The notes: generated by a model from the letters alone, not told the origin. 59,996 nucleotides of DNA, filler included, from Squatina squatina (GCA_031763465.1; 4 parts of 3 records of this genome joined end to end with filler, not necessarily neighbours in it), one strand, 5' to 3'; positions 39,012 through 51,244 are shown, counted from the whole stretch's first letter. Numbers and translations: made by a program.

Positions 39012-39136
39012 ACACACACACACACTCACTCACTCACTCACATCCAACAGCACGGCTGGACTGACGCCAGCACTGACGCAGGAACTCCCCAGGACAGCCC
39101 AGAACCCCCCCAGACACACACACACACACACACACA
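39012..39136. repeat. (CA)n and (CACT)n microsatellites upstream of KLF2
   Basis: acacacacacacactcactcactcactcaca at 39012-39042 and a (CA)n run at 39114-39136. Confidence 0.85.
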
Positions 39137-39453
39137 GCCAGTGTTAGACTGCACACACAGAGAAATATATAAATAAACCCCCAGTTACTGTTTGTAAATA
39201 ATCGTGTGGCAGCTGCAGCCTCGCCAGGTCGGTCCTATGAAAAATTAACAATACATTGCACATGTGCAAAACAATTAAACTGGGGATTCCAGCCCTCAAA
39301 CTAAAGTCTCAGGCAATTCAGAGCCCGAATTTCAAACTCTGCAACCGGACCACNNNNNNNNNNNNNNNNNNNNNNNNNNNNNNNNNNNNNNNNNNNNNNN
39401 NNNNNNNNNNNNNNNNNNNNNNNNNNNNNNNNNNNNNNNNNNNNNNNNNNNNN

Positions 39454-39480
39454 CCTTATATACCTGGGTTATTTTTAACC
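39454..39480 (+). promoter_or_regulatory. KLF2: Second, inverted TTATATAC-N5-MEF2 composite element
   Basis: CC TTATATAC CTGGG TTATTTTTAA CC: same octamer, same 5-nt spacer ending GG, and a YTAWWWWTAR match. Confidence 0.6.
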
Positions 39481-42400
39481 AAGGGCTCCCTGCTCATTAG
39501 CGCGTTTCCTCTCTTTTCCTCAGCTCAGGAAGCTGACTCGGGCCTGTTTCCTGCTCACACGTAACAGAGGCTCAAAGAATCGCTGAGAACCACCAGCCTG
39601 AGACAGCTCGGCCCTGGAGAGTAAGCTTGGCAACATTTCAAAGTTGACAAAAAGAAGAGAGAAAAAAAAAAACCCGAGAACCCACTGAAGGGATGGAAAA
39701 TTTCCCAATCGCTGTCGGGAAGTCTGAACTATTATTAAAGAGATTTCTTGGTATAATTAGCACTGAAAGCTGGACAGAATAACCCACCTGACCACCGTGA
39801 AGAAGGCTTGAAACAAACTCAAGCCCTGAACCTCGAATTAGTGCTTCGAAAGAACTATAGCGACAGTGTGATTGCTAGATTGCGAACCTTTTCATAATGT
39901 CCCCGAAAGGTTCCCCCAAATTACTGTGTTGAGTGCCAAGAAGCATTTATCTCCCGTTCAAATACAAATCAGAATTACAGGCAGTCACATTTAGACATTG
40001 GAGGGAGCCTGGCTGGTAGGCACCAGCCAAAATGTCCTCCATCAAGCCTCAACTAACCGCAGAGTGTACATACATACACAGGCCTGTCTAAACAAGGCCA
40101 GCTGTCAAAATATTGTCAGCCAGTCTAGGACACAGCTTCTTTCAACTGAACAACAGGATGACGGAAGCCATTTATATCCGTCCCTGCCATAAACTCCACT
40201 CCCTTGGCGCTCAACAGTGGCAGGGAAATTCTGTATCCAAAGCATAAATGCTAGTTTTAACTTCTGCCAATAATAACCCTCTTAGGAAGTAAAAAGTGAC
40301 AAATCTTCATTAAATTCAAATAAAATAGCTCCCACAAAGTAAATTCTCTATGGCTATTATATTTTCATTATGTTAACGTTGTATTCCTACATAAATTAAT
40401 TTTGAAAATAAACCTCGATAATTTAACCTTGGTTGCANNNNNNNNNNNNNNNNNNNNNNNNNNNNNNNNNNNNNNNNNNNNNNNNNNNNNNNNNNNNNNN
40501 NNNNNNNNNNNNNNNNNNNNNNNNNNNNNNNNNNNNNCACAGTGCCACAAGTAGAGAAAAAAATGTTGGCTGCCTCTACTACATTGCTTCTCTGCCCTTT
40601 GATTAAGTACGTTTTTAGTTGCTATGATCAGTAAAAGATTGATGCACAGATGTATTTAAAAAAAGTGGAGTCAGGCTGCTGATTTTAAAAAGATAACACA
40701 TTACAGCAATGTTTTAACCATTTCAGTGGAGGACTTGCAGTTAAAAGCCAGGTGGGAAAATGGAGAGAGCAGTGTGTGTAGGTCAGCTGGCAAGGGCGAA
40801 GTACAAGGATCCTGGGTGACACGCACCTCCCTCGCTTGGCTCACAGGGCTTTCTGCGATCAGACCTGATGAGGTCTCACACACACACACACGACTGCTAG
40901 CAAGCTCAGATGGTCGGGCTGCGTAGCTGATGGACAAGCACATGCTGTTGAGATTTAGGGCGAGTGTGGGGGTTCTTCGGGAGTGTGCGCGTAGAGGGTC
41001 TGAGTATTGGGGGAAGGTGATTTGCAAAGGAACAAAAATGAAAAGTTCAGCCCAGAAGTGAAGCAGAGGTAGAGGTAGGTGTGGGTTCCTCAAGTGTCAC
41101 ATTTGGGTGCTTGAGGAAACCTGGGCTCCTTGAAATCAGCAAGCATCAAGTGGAGCTGCAGGTTTCTGCAGCTAATGACTGCCGTTCCAAGGAGATGGTA
41201 ATCCACTCACTTCAGAATTCAGACCATTTTTTTTCTTTAAAGCAAAGCTATTATGAAAAGCTTTCCTCTTTAAGACTGGGTGGGGAGCACCATGGCTGCT
41301 GAATGTCGGAGAATGTTTATTTGGCAATGAGATGGATAGAAAATTGAAATTGGGGAGAAAACCTGTGTAGTGCGATTGGTGAACAAACAGAAAATTAACT
41401 AGATAGGAGAAAATCAGGTACAGAACCAAGGAAGAAGAAAACAACGAAGGAAGAAGGAAGTGTGGGCACTGATTGTCAGCCTGCTGTGTTGGCACGTGGA
41501 TTCTGCCATATTCGGGAAATGCTTCATCAGATCAGATGTGCTTTCTACAATGTCATTGGGCAGGCCACTGTTAAAATGACTGCATCAGCACCTCCTCCCC
41601 TCAGACTCTCAGAAGCTACATTAAAGGACTTCAGAAAAATTGACAGCAGTTTCAATCAGCTCCCAGCGTTGCCCCAACCATAGAGTCCCCCGAATACACC
41701 TCGTGGTTAATAGCCTAAAGTAAATTGTTCTGTGGCTGTTTAACATCCATTACTTGGCAGACTTTCTTTCTCTTCCTCACTAATTTTCTTCCCCCTTCTT
41801 CAGAGCCTGACTCGATCTGCAGTACTGCCCCACAGGTGGTAGCAATCTTCTGATATCTCAGCCAACTGGCTGCGCAATACAGCGCTCTGGAATGGGAACC
41901 CTGGCTGGAATTATTCCTTCCTTAGTCCAAGGGTGTTGACGTGAATTGTAGCATGCCCCCTGACACTTGGCAGAAATGCGCTAACTCAACACAGACCAGG
42001 GATCAAATCTCCGGCCTTCCTGGTCTCGATGGCTCTATACCACCAGGGTCAGTGTATCTCCAAGTCAGACAGCAGCTGTATTCTGCAGGATTTTCATCAG
42101 GTCTTTAGTTTATTCACCCAACACAAAATTTGTGATGGAAAAGAAGTAGACTACATCCAGATTGTAACCAGATTGGAGTGCGGCATCCCAATGGACCATT
42201 TACTTCCTACTCAATTTACTGTACAGAACTCTCAACCAANNNNNNNNNNNNNNNNNNNNNNNNNNNNNNNNNNNNNNNNNNNNNNNNNNNNNNNNNNNNN
42301 NNNNNNNNNNNNNNNNNNNNNNNNNNNNNNNNNNNNNNNTGGAAATACGTTTATTCTGCATTTCAAAGGCCATAAACTATGTAGCACTTTGCACTTGGTG

Positions 42401-43811
42401 AATATCAGATTTAAGTGAATGTACATGTTCTAGTTTTTAATCAGCAGATTTAGCAGCAAATGGAGTTGTTGGCTGATGATTATGATCAGTGGAGCATTCC
42501 CTGTAGAGATCGGAGATTTGATAGAACAGCCACTATTCATGAATTTCTACAGGGAGAAAAAAGTAGAAGCAACTTAAAATGAAAAATGTCTACTAGTTTG
42601 TTGCAGATTATTAAATCCACTTTTAAACATCAGTTAGATTGGGAAATACTCCTAAACTCCCATTATGATTTGTGTTCTGTAATAAGCAACTTGCTGACAA
42701 TGTATGAATAGCTTTTGCACACCTTTTTTCTAAATGTATGCAGTGTTTCAGCAATTTGAAAAGTCGTGCCGCTATCCCGACACGGTTTCTAATGACCTGT
42801 AAAAATTCATTTTCATTTTTTTCAAATGCTTTTTTTCTGCAATGGAGCAAAAACTGTTTTCTGCATACTAAAAACAGAGTGATTCATAACCATGTCCGAA
42901 GTTTGTGGTGGCCCAGCAATGAATGTCACTGTCCTATAGTCGGAGGCCAGTCAGTCCATCATTTCTGTGCTTTGCTAAAGCACTCTAAAACTAATTCTAC
43001 AGTCCCTTTCTTTCTGTAAAGCCCTGTAACTTGTGCTTCAGAACTTTATTCACTTTCTCTTGAGATGCAGTGGCCACTGCCTCAGCAACTCTGCGGTGAA
43101 GCACTCCATGCCCAGATAACTGTACAGCTCTTTTTTTCTAACCCCTCAGTGACCATTTTAATTTGTGTTTCTCATCACTGACTCCCCAACCAAAGGAAAT
43201 ATTCATCTTTCACCACATCAAAACCTGTCATAATTTGAAAAACATCCATTAAATGTCCTCCGAGCTTTCTCTGCTCCAGAGGAAATGCCCCCTTTTTCAA
43301 GCTGCTCCTCATAACTCTGTAGTATCATCCTGGAAGGTCTCTTTTTACAATTGCCAATGAATCTTGAATTAATAAGTTGCTAAAAAGATGGAGTCTGAAT
43401 CACCGTGTAACTGGCAGAATCTTTTATTATTCTAAGTTAACATTTATCCATTGCTACATGTTCACCTCAAGTTGATTTTAGTTATTTGTTTAATGATTTC
43501 TCAAGTTGTCGATCTTTGTGTGTATCTTTTTTTAATTAGAAGATGTCAATTTTAAATTTCATTTTGCACGGGATGCAAGTCCCAAAGCAGTTCTGGTTAT
43601 GCTGAGAATGTTAAATTAATCTTTAGAGAGTGTTGCAAATAGTATTTGTCTTAACCCTAAAGTAGTTAAATAAATGTGTTTATCTATTCATAGTTGTTAA
43701 TTACCATTTGTATCATAGCAACCAATTACCTCATCTGTAATCTAACTCCAGTAGTTAATGCTTCATCTGGAAAATGAGCATAGAAGGATCATGAAAGCCA
43801 TGATGTGATTT

Positions 43812-44066
43812 ACTTTTCTAGAGAAAAGAGTCCCAGCCTGTTCAATCTTTCCTGATCGATATAACTTCTTAGTACTGGTATAATTCCAGTAAATCATCTT
43901 TACACCATCTCCAGTGTCTCTATATCCTTTTTATAATTATGGTGATCAGAACTTTTCACAGTACTCCAAGTGTGGTCTAACTAAGGTTCTATACAAGTTA
44001 AACATAATTTCTCTGCTTTGCAATTCTATCCCTCGAGAAATGAACCCCTGTGCTATATTTGCTTTG
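43812..44066 (-). mobile_element. CR1 LINE fragment (an older CR1 relic also lies at about 42900-43370)
   Basis: tctagagaaaagagtcccagcctgttcaatctttcctga..cagtactccaagtgtggtctaactaaggttctatacaag is the same family as 22790-23180. Confidence 0.8.
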
Positions 44067-45732
44067 ATATAAAAAATACTTTTTAAAACATAATTTAATC
44101 CAACCATGGCAAAGTATGAAATATCTGCAACATATAACTCCCAATGGTCTATCAGTCAAGTGTAACACCGAGTTTGGTGGGGAGGGGCAGTCGCTCCTGG
44201 TAAGATAGTCCATGAAACAATGGCTGCTTAGTTCACGTCGAATGTAAACAATGTTTAAACTCTGGGACATTGCACACTGTGGTTGAACATTAAGACTTGC
44301 ATCAGACAGCCGATGGGTGTGGAAGTTAAATGATGATGCTGGCAAAAAATAATTTAAATATCCCATTATCCAGGGTTGATAACTCTCATTTTGATGGAGC
44401 CCACTATTTCGCTACGTAATACATTTCCATTAGCACTGACCTAGAGTGGGAGAAAGCAAGACGTTGAGAAGTCTAGAACTTGTTCTAGTGGGTTTCCATT
44501 TCAAACTAAGTGCGTAAAATGATTTACTAAAATAGTCTGGATTAGAGGAACATCAAGTCACTAAATATTCAGCAGTCTGTGACTGGTGATTACATTTTAA
44601 TAAACATTCCAGAAATAAGGTTTAGCTTTTTAAAAAAAAATGCTCAAGGTGAGGAGCATCAGTATTGAGAATAGGAACTTTCTAATCCCCTTGTTGGCAC
44701 TTTAAGGTCAGTCACTTTTACACAACCATTGAATATCCACCTCGACTCCACCCCAACCTCTACACAAGTCCAACTGCCCCTGGTGACACATTGCCTGCAC
44801 TTGTCCCTCTTGAGGATGACATTACCAATTTGCAAGTATGATTGGCAGTCTTGCTGATTAACAGTCTGAGCTCATGCAGATAGGATTCTTACAGCTTGTA
44901 CTTTCATCCAGTTCGTATGGGGTAGAATCAAACCCAGGACCCAGAGGCAATGTCAGTGCACTAATGGACTACAGAAGCCCGCCACAAGCACTGCTTGAAA
45001 GTGATTCTTTCCCTCTCTCCCATCCTGTCTCCAAGTTATCCACACGTCACACAGTTCCTTGGCCAAGCAGGCAGGCTGAAGGGAAAAAGCCACCAGGTCA
45101 CTCCAAACACATACAAATGGCCTGTTCGGGTGAAGCAGTCAGAAAGCTTTGCAAGCAGATCATCACACTCATCTGAGGAATGGTGCACGTGCCTTAAAAA
45201 AGGCACAGGCGAGGTGAAAACGTTCACATTCATGCTGAAGCATCCTGCAGAATTAACAGCACCTGGTGTATGAGTTAAGGGTGCTGCGTGTTCAAAGATT
45301 GGAGTGTCCTCCCCTCCCTCACCTGTGCATCCCAACCCTCCGCCCCCGAGCTGAACAGGCAGTCTTGTAGGTTTGCTAAGCACTTGTCTAGGGAAAAGAA
45401 CTCACCAAAAGGTTGACAGATTCAATAACATCGAGAAATACTTCATTTTTCCGATACTTGATCCCCTCTGATCTCCAAGACACAGCATTGGTAACTGTTG
45501 CTGGTGGGCGGGGAGCACCAGTGTCTAGTTTATGACCTTCCTGCGTGATGTACCTAAGATCGGAAGAAACAGGTTGGAGACTGATCCAACAGAGGCAGAT
45601 TCAGCACATGACACCCAAATGTTGAACTTGTACAGCAGCCACTTTCTGCATTCTGAACCCAGTGATCATATTGAATCGGCAGCAGACTCGAAGGGCGTAC
45701 TCCTACTCTGTGTGCTCTTATTTCTTATGTAG

Positions 45733-45832
45733 NNNNNNNNNNNNNNNNNNNNNNNNNNNNNNNNNNNNNNNNNNNNTTAATTAATTAANNNNNNNNNNNN
45801 NNNNNNNNNNNNNNNNNNNNNNNNNNNNNNNN
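45733..45832. other. Artificial scaffold-concatenation spacer
   Basis: TTAATTAATTAA at 45777-45788 within N44 flanks. Confidence 0.97.
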
Positions 45833-45938
45833 GTGACAATTCTAACTTTTTTTTTTAACAGCCAGTCAAGAACATAATCTCCGGACACGTTATGAACGAT
45901 AATGCATACTTACTAGAAATGTTGTGTTTCAATGGTAA

Positions 45939-46502
45939 TTAAATAAAAATCTTCCTGTTTCTAAGGCGATGCATGGATATGTCATGCCTTTGCATGAAGA
46001 GGTCGCACCATTTTAGAGATGCTTTAAAGGTGCTATTGGGACCCAAACCTTTCATGATATAAAGGGCTTTCAAATGAATTTCTACAGTGCTGACTGCACA
46101 TCCACTTGCTCGACGTTGGTGAATATATTCCAGAAGTTGTTGCTCGAGCTGTGGGTGCTGAGCCTTCCTTCTACATCCAGGAGCCTTGGCTTGCTCGCCT
46201 TGGGACTTTAGCTTGTCCTCTGAGTTTTGCCAAAGTTGAACGTTTGCCTCGTTAACATCGAATTCTCTGTTCCCATGGTTTTCAGCAACTTCTATCACCT
46301 TAAGTTTGAAGGCTGGCATGTAACTTGCTCGTTTTGCTGCCATCGTAGTTTAACCATTACAATGGTACAAAGAATCCCAACTTGTATACCGCGAAAGTCT
46401 AGGTGCGTATTATACATGGTGATAAGGCAAATTTGACTCTTCGTTCATGAAAATCGGAGTGCGTGTTATATATGGGTGCACATTATATTTGGAAAATTAC
46501 TG
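45939..46502 (-). mobile_element. pogo-superfamily (Passer/Tc2, POGK-like) DNA transposon relic: 5' TIR plus N-terminal DNA-binding ORF, no DDE domain
   Basis: ORF 45939-46343: KRASYMPAFKLKVIEVAE..GNREFDVNEANVQLW (Brinker-type HTH), then HPQLEQQLLEYIHQRRASGCAVS..FKASLKWCDLFMQRHDIS (CENP-B HTH). The terminus TA|CAGTAATTTTCC is at 46502, with three GTGC....TTATA subterminal repeats. Confidence 0.85.
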
Positions 46503-47179
46503 TAATTGCTACATAGTTAATCCACTTACTTTGATTAAATACCTAAAGACAGATAAATTGAAACTAGTAAAGAGAATAAAATGATCCGACCACTGCAACT
46601 TGCAGCCTCTGTACAGTTTCTTTACTAATATGTCTTTATAAAAAGACATGAGGTCTCCAAATTGTGGCCCGTCAATCTTGGCAACCCGGGCAATAAAGCC
46701 CTGGAAACTCCGCTCTGTTTCTGCTCTTCTTTCTCATTGGTTTGACCAATTAAATGTTGTGAGGCTGCAGGTTTGGAAAAGACTGTGTCTGATTGGTGGA
46801 AAATCCCTAACTGGGAACGCCAAGATCGGTTAAGTGTCAACAGCTTGGAATATATGCAGATTAACGGGAACATTGATTTTAAACTTTACATATAGCCCCC
46901 ATGGTATGAACCTATGTGACCCACAGAGACAAAAAGCTTACGCATTATTGGTCTAGAGGGCCAGTCAACTACAATTGACTTGATTTGGGGATTGCTCCTT
47001 ATTTATGTCTGATTTAGGATTTTTGATTAAGTCCTTCCACAAGGTGCACATTTCTTTCTTGTCTTCCTTATGGCCATTCAAATCCTTGTGTTCTTGTATT
47101 TGAGAGTGTTAGCTGCCTTTGTGGTGGTAGGGAAAAAAGAGTTGGAACTACCATCACAAAACATCAATCCCCCTAATGA

Positions 47180-47470
47180 TTCAGTGAGTTTATTCAATGA
47201 GTAGCTAAGCTATTCAGACCAAGGAGGACTTGGGTTTGACTCCAGTCTGTGCTTATTTAGCCAGTCTCACTGGGATGGAGGCGCTACAAATTGGCCTCCT
47301 TGATTCTGGATTGGGAGGATTATCGGACAAACTCTCGATCGTGGGCATTATCCAGCAACTCCTGCTGAAAGTGTGCTTGTGTTAACAATAACTGATAACT
47401 GAGTCTGGCTCGACTATAATGCTCAGTCATTGTCCAGGCTCGCGCATGCATAATGGCCACTTGGGGAGGT
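47180..47470 (+). mobile_element. Degenerate SINE-like repeat (possible relatives at about 8990-9090, 41960-42060, 53600-53750)
   Basis: Recurring module ..cagaccaaggaggacttgggtttgactccagtctgtgcttatttagcc..ctacaaattggcctc with a B-box-like segment. Confidence 0.4.
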
Positions 47471-47734
47471 GACTGAGGGCAAGCAGTGTCTGTGGAAGAA
47501 AAAGTCAAGACCTTCAGGAGAGGATGAGGAAGAACAAAATTGGTATGGAATAAATAATCAGAGCATAGTGAGACCTGAAATGTGAAATAATGGTTATCTA
47601 CAACAGCAGACAAATCTGGTTGATATTTGGGCCGAGTTTGGAAATGCAGCTTGACAACCCAAATGCTGTGATATGTCACATGGCTTAATCTATAGACTTA
47701 ATTATTCAGCCATCCCAAGGGCCCTAACTCTATA

Positions 47735-48030
47735 CACTTGTTGTATCCAATGATCCCTGTCGACACTTCCTTTGCTGTCTTCAAAATTGTAGGCATCCTC
47801 TGCCTCGCTCTGCATGGCTACCTTTTCCTGTGTTTTCCAAATTGCTGCTGTTTTGAAACTAGTAGCCTAAATTCTAATTTTGTGATGTATGCAAATTTTA
47901 ATATTGTGCCGCCTAAACCCAAGTCCACGTCATTTACATATATTGAGAAAAGCAATTGTCTCAACACTGACTCTTGGGGGACAGCCCCCCAGACTCGAAA
48001 AAATCTATTAACCAGGACTCGGTTTTCCAT
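47735..48030 (-). mobile_element. Old CR1 RT fragment
   Basis: ORF 47818-48030: GAVPQESVLRQLLFSIYVNDVDLGLGGTILKFAYITKL. Confidence 0.8.
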
Positions 48031-48087
48031 TCTTTAACCAACTTCATAAGCTTGCTACCACATTCCCATTAATATTAGGGCTGTTAA

Positions 48088-48205
48088 ACCGCAAGCGCAA
48101 GGCATTTTTGAATTGGAAGCACGACCAAAGGGAAAGAAAACAGGTCTACAGACAAATGAAGGCCGAGGTCCAACAAAAAACCCGGGACCTAAAGAATAGA
48201 TGGTG
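48088..48205 (+). mobile_element. RTE-clade (BovB-like) LINE ORF fragment
   Basis: RKRKAFLNWKHDQRERKQVYRQMKAEVQQKTRDLKNRW(W) resembles the inter-domain region of RTE ORFs. It is unrelated to PLAG zinc fingers. Confidence 0.55.
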
Positions 48206-48805
48206 NNNNNNNNNNNNNNNNNNNNNNNNNNNNNNNNNNNNNNNNNNNNNNNNNNNNNNNNNNNNNNNNNNNNNNNNNNNNNNNNNNNNNNNNNNNNNNN
48301 NNNNNNNNNNNNNNNNNNNNNNNNNNNNNNNNNNNNNNNNNNNNNNNNNNNNNNNNNNNNNNNNNNNNNNNNNNNNNNNNNNNNNNNNNNNNNNNNNNNN
48401 NNNNNNNNNNNNNNNNNNNNNNNNNNNNNNNNNNNNNNNNNNNNNNNNNNNNNNNNNNNNNNNNNNNNNNNNNNNNNNNNNNNNNNNNNNNNNNNNNNNN
48501 NNNNNNNNNNNNNNNNNNNNNNNNNNNNNNNNNNNNNNNNNNNNNNNNNNNNNNNNNNNNNNNNNNNNNNNNNNNNNNNNNNNNNNNNNNNNNNNNNNNN
48601 NNNNNNNNNNNNNNNNNNNNNNNNNNNNNNNNNNNNNNNNNNNNNNNNNNNNNNNNNNNNNNNNNNNNNNNNNNNNNNNNNNNNNNNNNNNNNNNNNNNN
48701 NNNNNNNNNNNNNNNNNNNNNNNNNNNNNNNNNNNNNNNNNNNNNNNNNNNNNNNNNNNNNNNNNNNNNNNNNNNNNNNNNNNNNNNNNNNNNNNNNNNN
48801 NNNNA

Positions 48806-49420
48806 CATGGTAGTCCACACAGGTAGGAAAGACTTCCTTTGTCAGTATGGTGCTCAGAGATTTGGCAGAAAGGACCACCTGACAAGACATATGAAGAAGA
48901 GCCATTCACAGGAATTGTTGAAAATTAAGACTGAGCCATCCGATATGATGGGTCTGCTTCACTCCAGTCCACCTATAACAGTGAAGGAAGAACTTAGTCC
49001 AATGATGTGCATGGCTTCTAAGGAGGCAGTAGGTAAGCCATTTACTAGTTTGCCAATGAACATGTACAGTCCACACATTCAAACCATGACAAATTCAGGA
49101 TCATCGCATAGTCTGGTTGCGAGTTCTCTAGCTATGGGAATGGGTTGCCAAATGGAGTCCCCATCCTCAATTCATTCAGCACCTCCTCAACCCCCTTCTA
49201 AATATCAGCTTGGATCTACCTCATACGCCACTGGCTTGCCTGAGAAGCCAACAAAAATTGAGATGGAAAGTTACTTAATGGACTTGCACAGCAGTTTGCC
49301 ACTTTCATCCCATGAATCTTCATCTAAAGTAGGCTTAGATTCGCAAACTGGGCCTCTGGATGACATTTCTGGTGAACATTTGCTTTCCAAAAGCCCTGCT
49401 ATAATTACTGAATCCCTCTG
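48806..49420 (+). CDS. PLAGL2: PLAG-family zinc finger protein PLAGL2, part of terminal exon (end of finger 6, finger 7, transactivation domain); both ends in gaps
   Basis: HMVVHTGRKDFLCQYGAQRFGRKDHLTRHMKKSHSQELLKIKTEP..VKEELSPMMCMAS..KYQLGSTSY..LLSKSPA. PLAGL2-type motifs, SUMO consensus IKTE and VKEE, and tail-to-tail synteny with TM9SF4. Confidence 0.9.
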
Positions 49421-51238
49421 NNNNNNNNNNNNNNNNNNNNNNNNNNNNNNNNNNNNNNNNNNNNNNNNNNNNNNNNNNNNNNNNNNNNNNNNNNNNNNNN
49501 NNNNNNNNNNNNNNNNNNNNNNNNNNNNNNNNNNNNNNNNNNNNNNNNNNNNNNNNNNNNNNNNNNNNNNNNNNNNNNNNNNNNNNNNNNNNNNNNNNNN
49601 NNNNNNNNNNNNNNNNNNNNNNNNNNNNNNNNNNNNNNNNNNNNNNNNNNNNNNNNNNNNNNNNNNNNNNNNNNNNNNNNNNNNNNNNNTGAACTGTCGG
49701 ATCTTTTATTCAGTAATCTGTGCTTGGAGTGGAATTTTCTGAAGCGCACAAAGCTTTCTAGAACTCAAGGGAAGCTAAAGCTTTGAAGAAGCTTTTATAA
49801 GGCAATTTCCGTTATTCAATTTAATCCATAATATGGAGGTTTTTAAATTAACAACTGACGAGGCATATACAAACAATGAGCCTTTTGCTTTCTACACTCT
49901 AACATGGATACAAATCCACAAGGGCTGAACATATCAGAACTCTTGAGAAATGGATGAGTTTTAATGTGAAAATTACTCCCCAGACAGCTTACATGCTTCA
50001 TATGTTTATAACATATATGGAGACCTGTTACGATTGAGAAGTTACTTCATGAGCTAAATGTCTGAAATAGAATTACAGGGAAAAATTAGTGAAGGATGGG
50101 AAAAAATAACAGTTATTAATCTCTGCTTTGTTGATCATGCTTGGGTGTCTGTCCAAATTTTGTGTCACGCAAAGGTGTCTATGTGAAACAGAAGTTGCAC
50201 AGTGAAGCAGACTTAGATTATGCCCGCAATGTGAGTTGTGCAGTCAATTGCCCTCTTAATAATAAAGTATTGGCTTATTTCATTATTAAAATACCTTTTT
50301 GTTTTCCTAAAAATTCAGATTTTTGTGAGAATTGGGATGATAATATGTGCAAAGTAATGCTGATCCTCCTTTAATCATTCAAAGAGCTGTAGCCTAGAAA
50401 TTACTGTTCGTAATATCAGTCAGCAAATGCTTAGCACATCCATATGACTTTTTCTCTTATATTTTAATGGTGACATTAACCCATTTTAAGTAAACTGGTC
50501 AATACAGGTTAAAATATCAGACAGAAAACATTCTTATGGACACCAAGTTGTGAATGTTGGCAACAGTAATTTCACTTGCAGCCATGTATCCTTGATGCTG
50601 GTAATGTCAGCATTTGCACGAGCCACATGTATTTCTGATCCCAAAAGCTTATTCCAAACATTTCTTGCATTACTGTAAAGCAACTTGCTCATCAGCAAGA
50701 TGCTAAATCAAGCAGCAAGAAATTCTTCCCAAGTGAACNNNNNNNNNNNNNNNNNNNNNNNNNNNNNNNNNNNNNNNNNNNNNNNNNNNNNNNNNNNNNN
50801 NNNNNNNNNNNNNNNNNNNNNNNNNNNNNNNNNNNNNNNNNNNNNNNNNNNNNNNNNNNNNNNNNNNNNNNNNNNNNNNNNNNNNNNNNNNNNNNNNNNN
50901 NNNNNNNNNNNNNNNNNNNNNNNNNNNNNNNNNNNNNNNNNNNNNNNNNNNNNNNNNNNNNNNNNNNNNNNNNNNNNNNNNNNNNNNNNNNNNNNNNNNN
51001 NNNNNNNNNNNNNNNNNNNNNNNNNNNNNNNNNNNNNNNNNGAATAGCTTAAGGCAAGATAGACTTGAACGTTAGTTTGTAACAAAGGTACATACATGCA
51101 CAAAAATAATCACAGCCGTTCGATCAAAGTTAGCATGATGCACATTTTTACACAAGTCTGGTTCTATTTTACTAAACTATTATTGTAGAATTATTCTTTG
51201 CTTCCACATTTGTGGCACAATTAAAACTTAGCATTTTG

Positions 51239-51244
51239 AATAAA
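51239..51244 (+). terminator. PLAGL2: Candidate PLAGL2 polyadenylation signal (another AATAAA at 50261-50266)
   Basis: AATAAA in an AT-rich, repeat-free tract downstream of the coding region. Confidence 0.35.

Noticed and set aside
48108-49742. 544-aa ORF suggesting a LINE-PLAGL2 fusion protein
   Set aside because: The frame is bridged only by N runs. The left part is an RTE-like fragment and the right part is PLAGL2; no bases join them.
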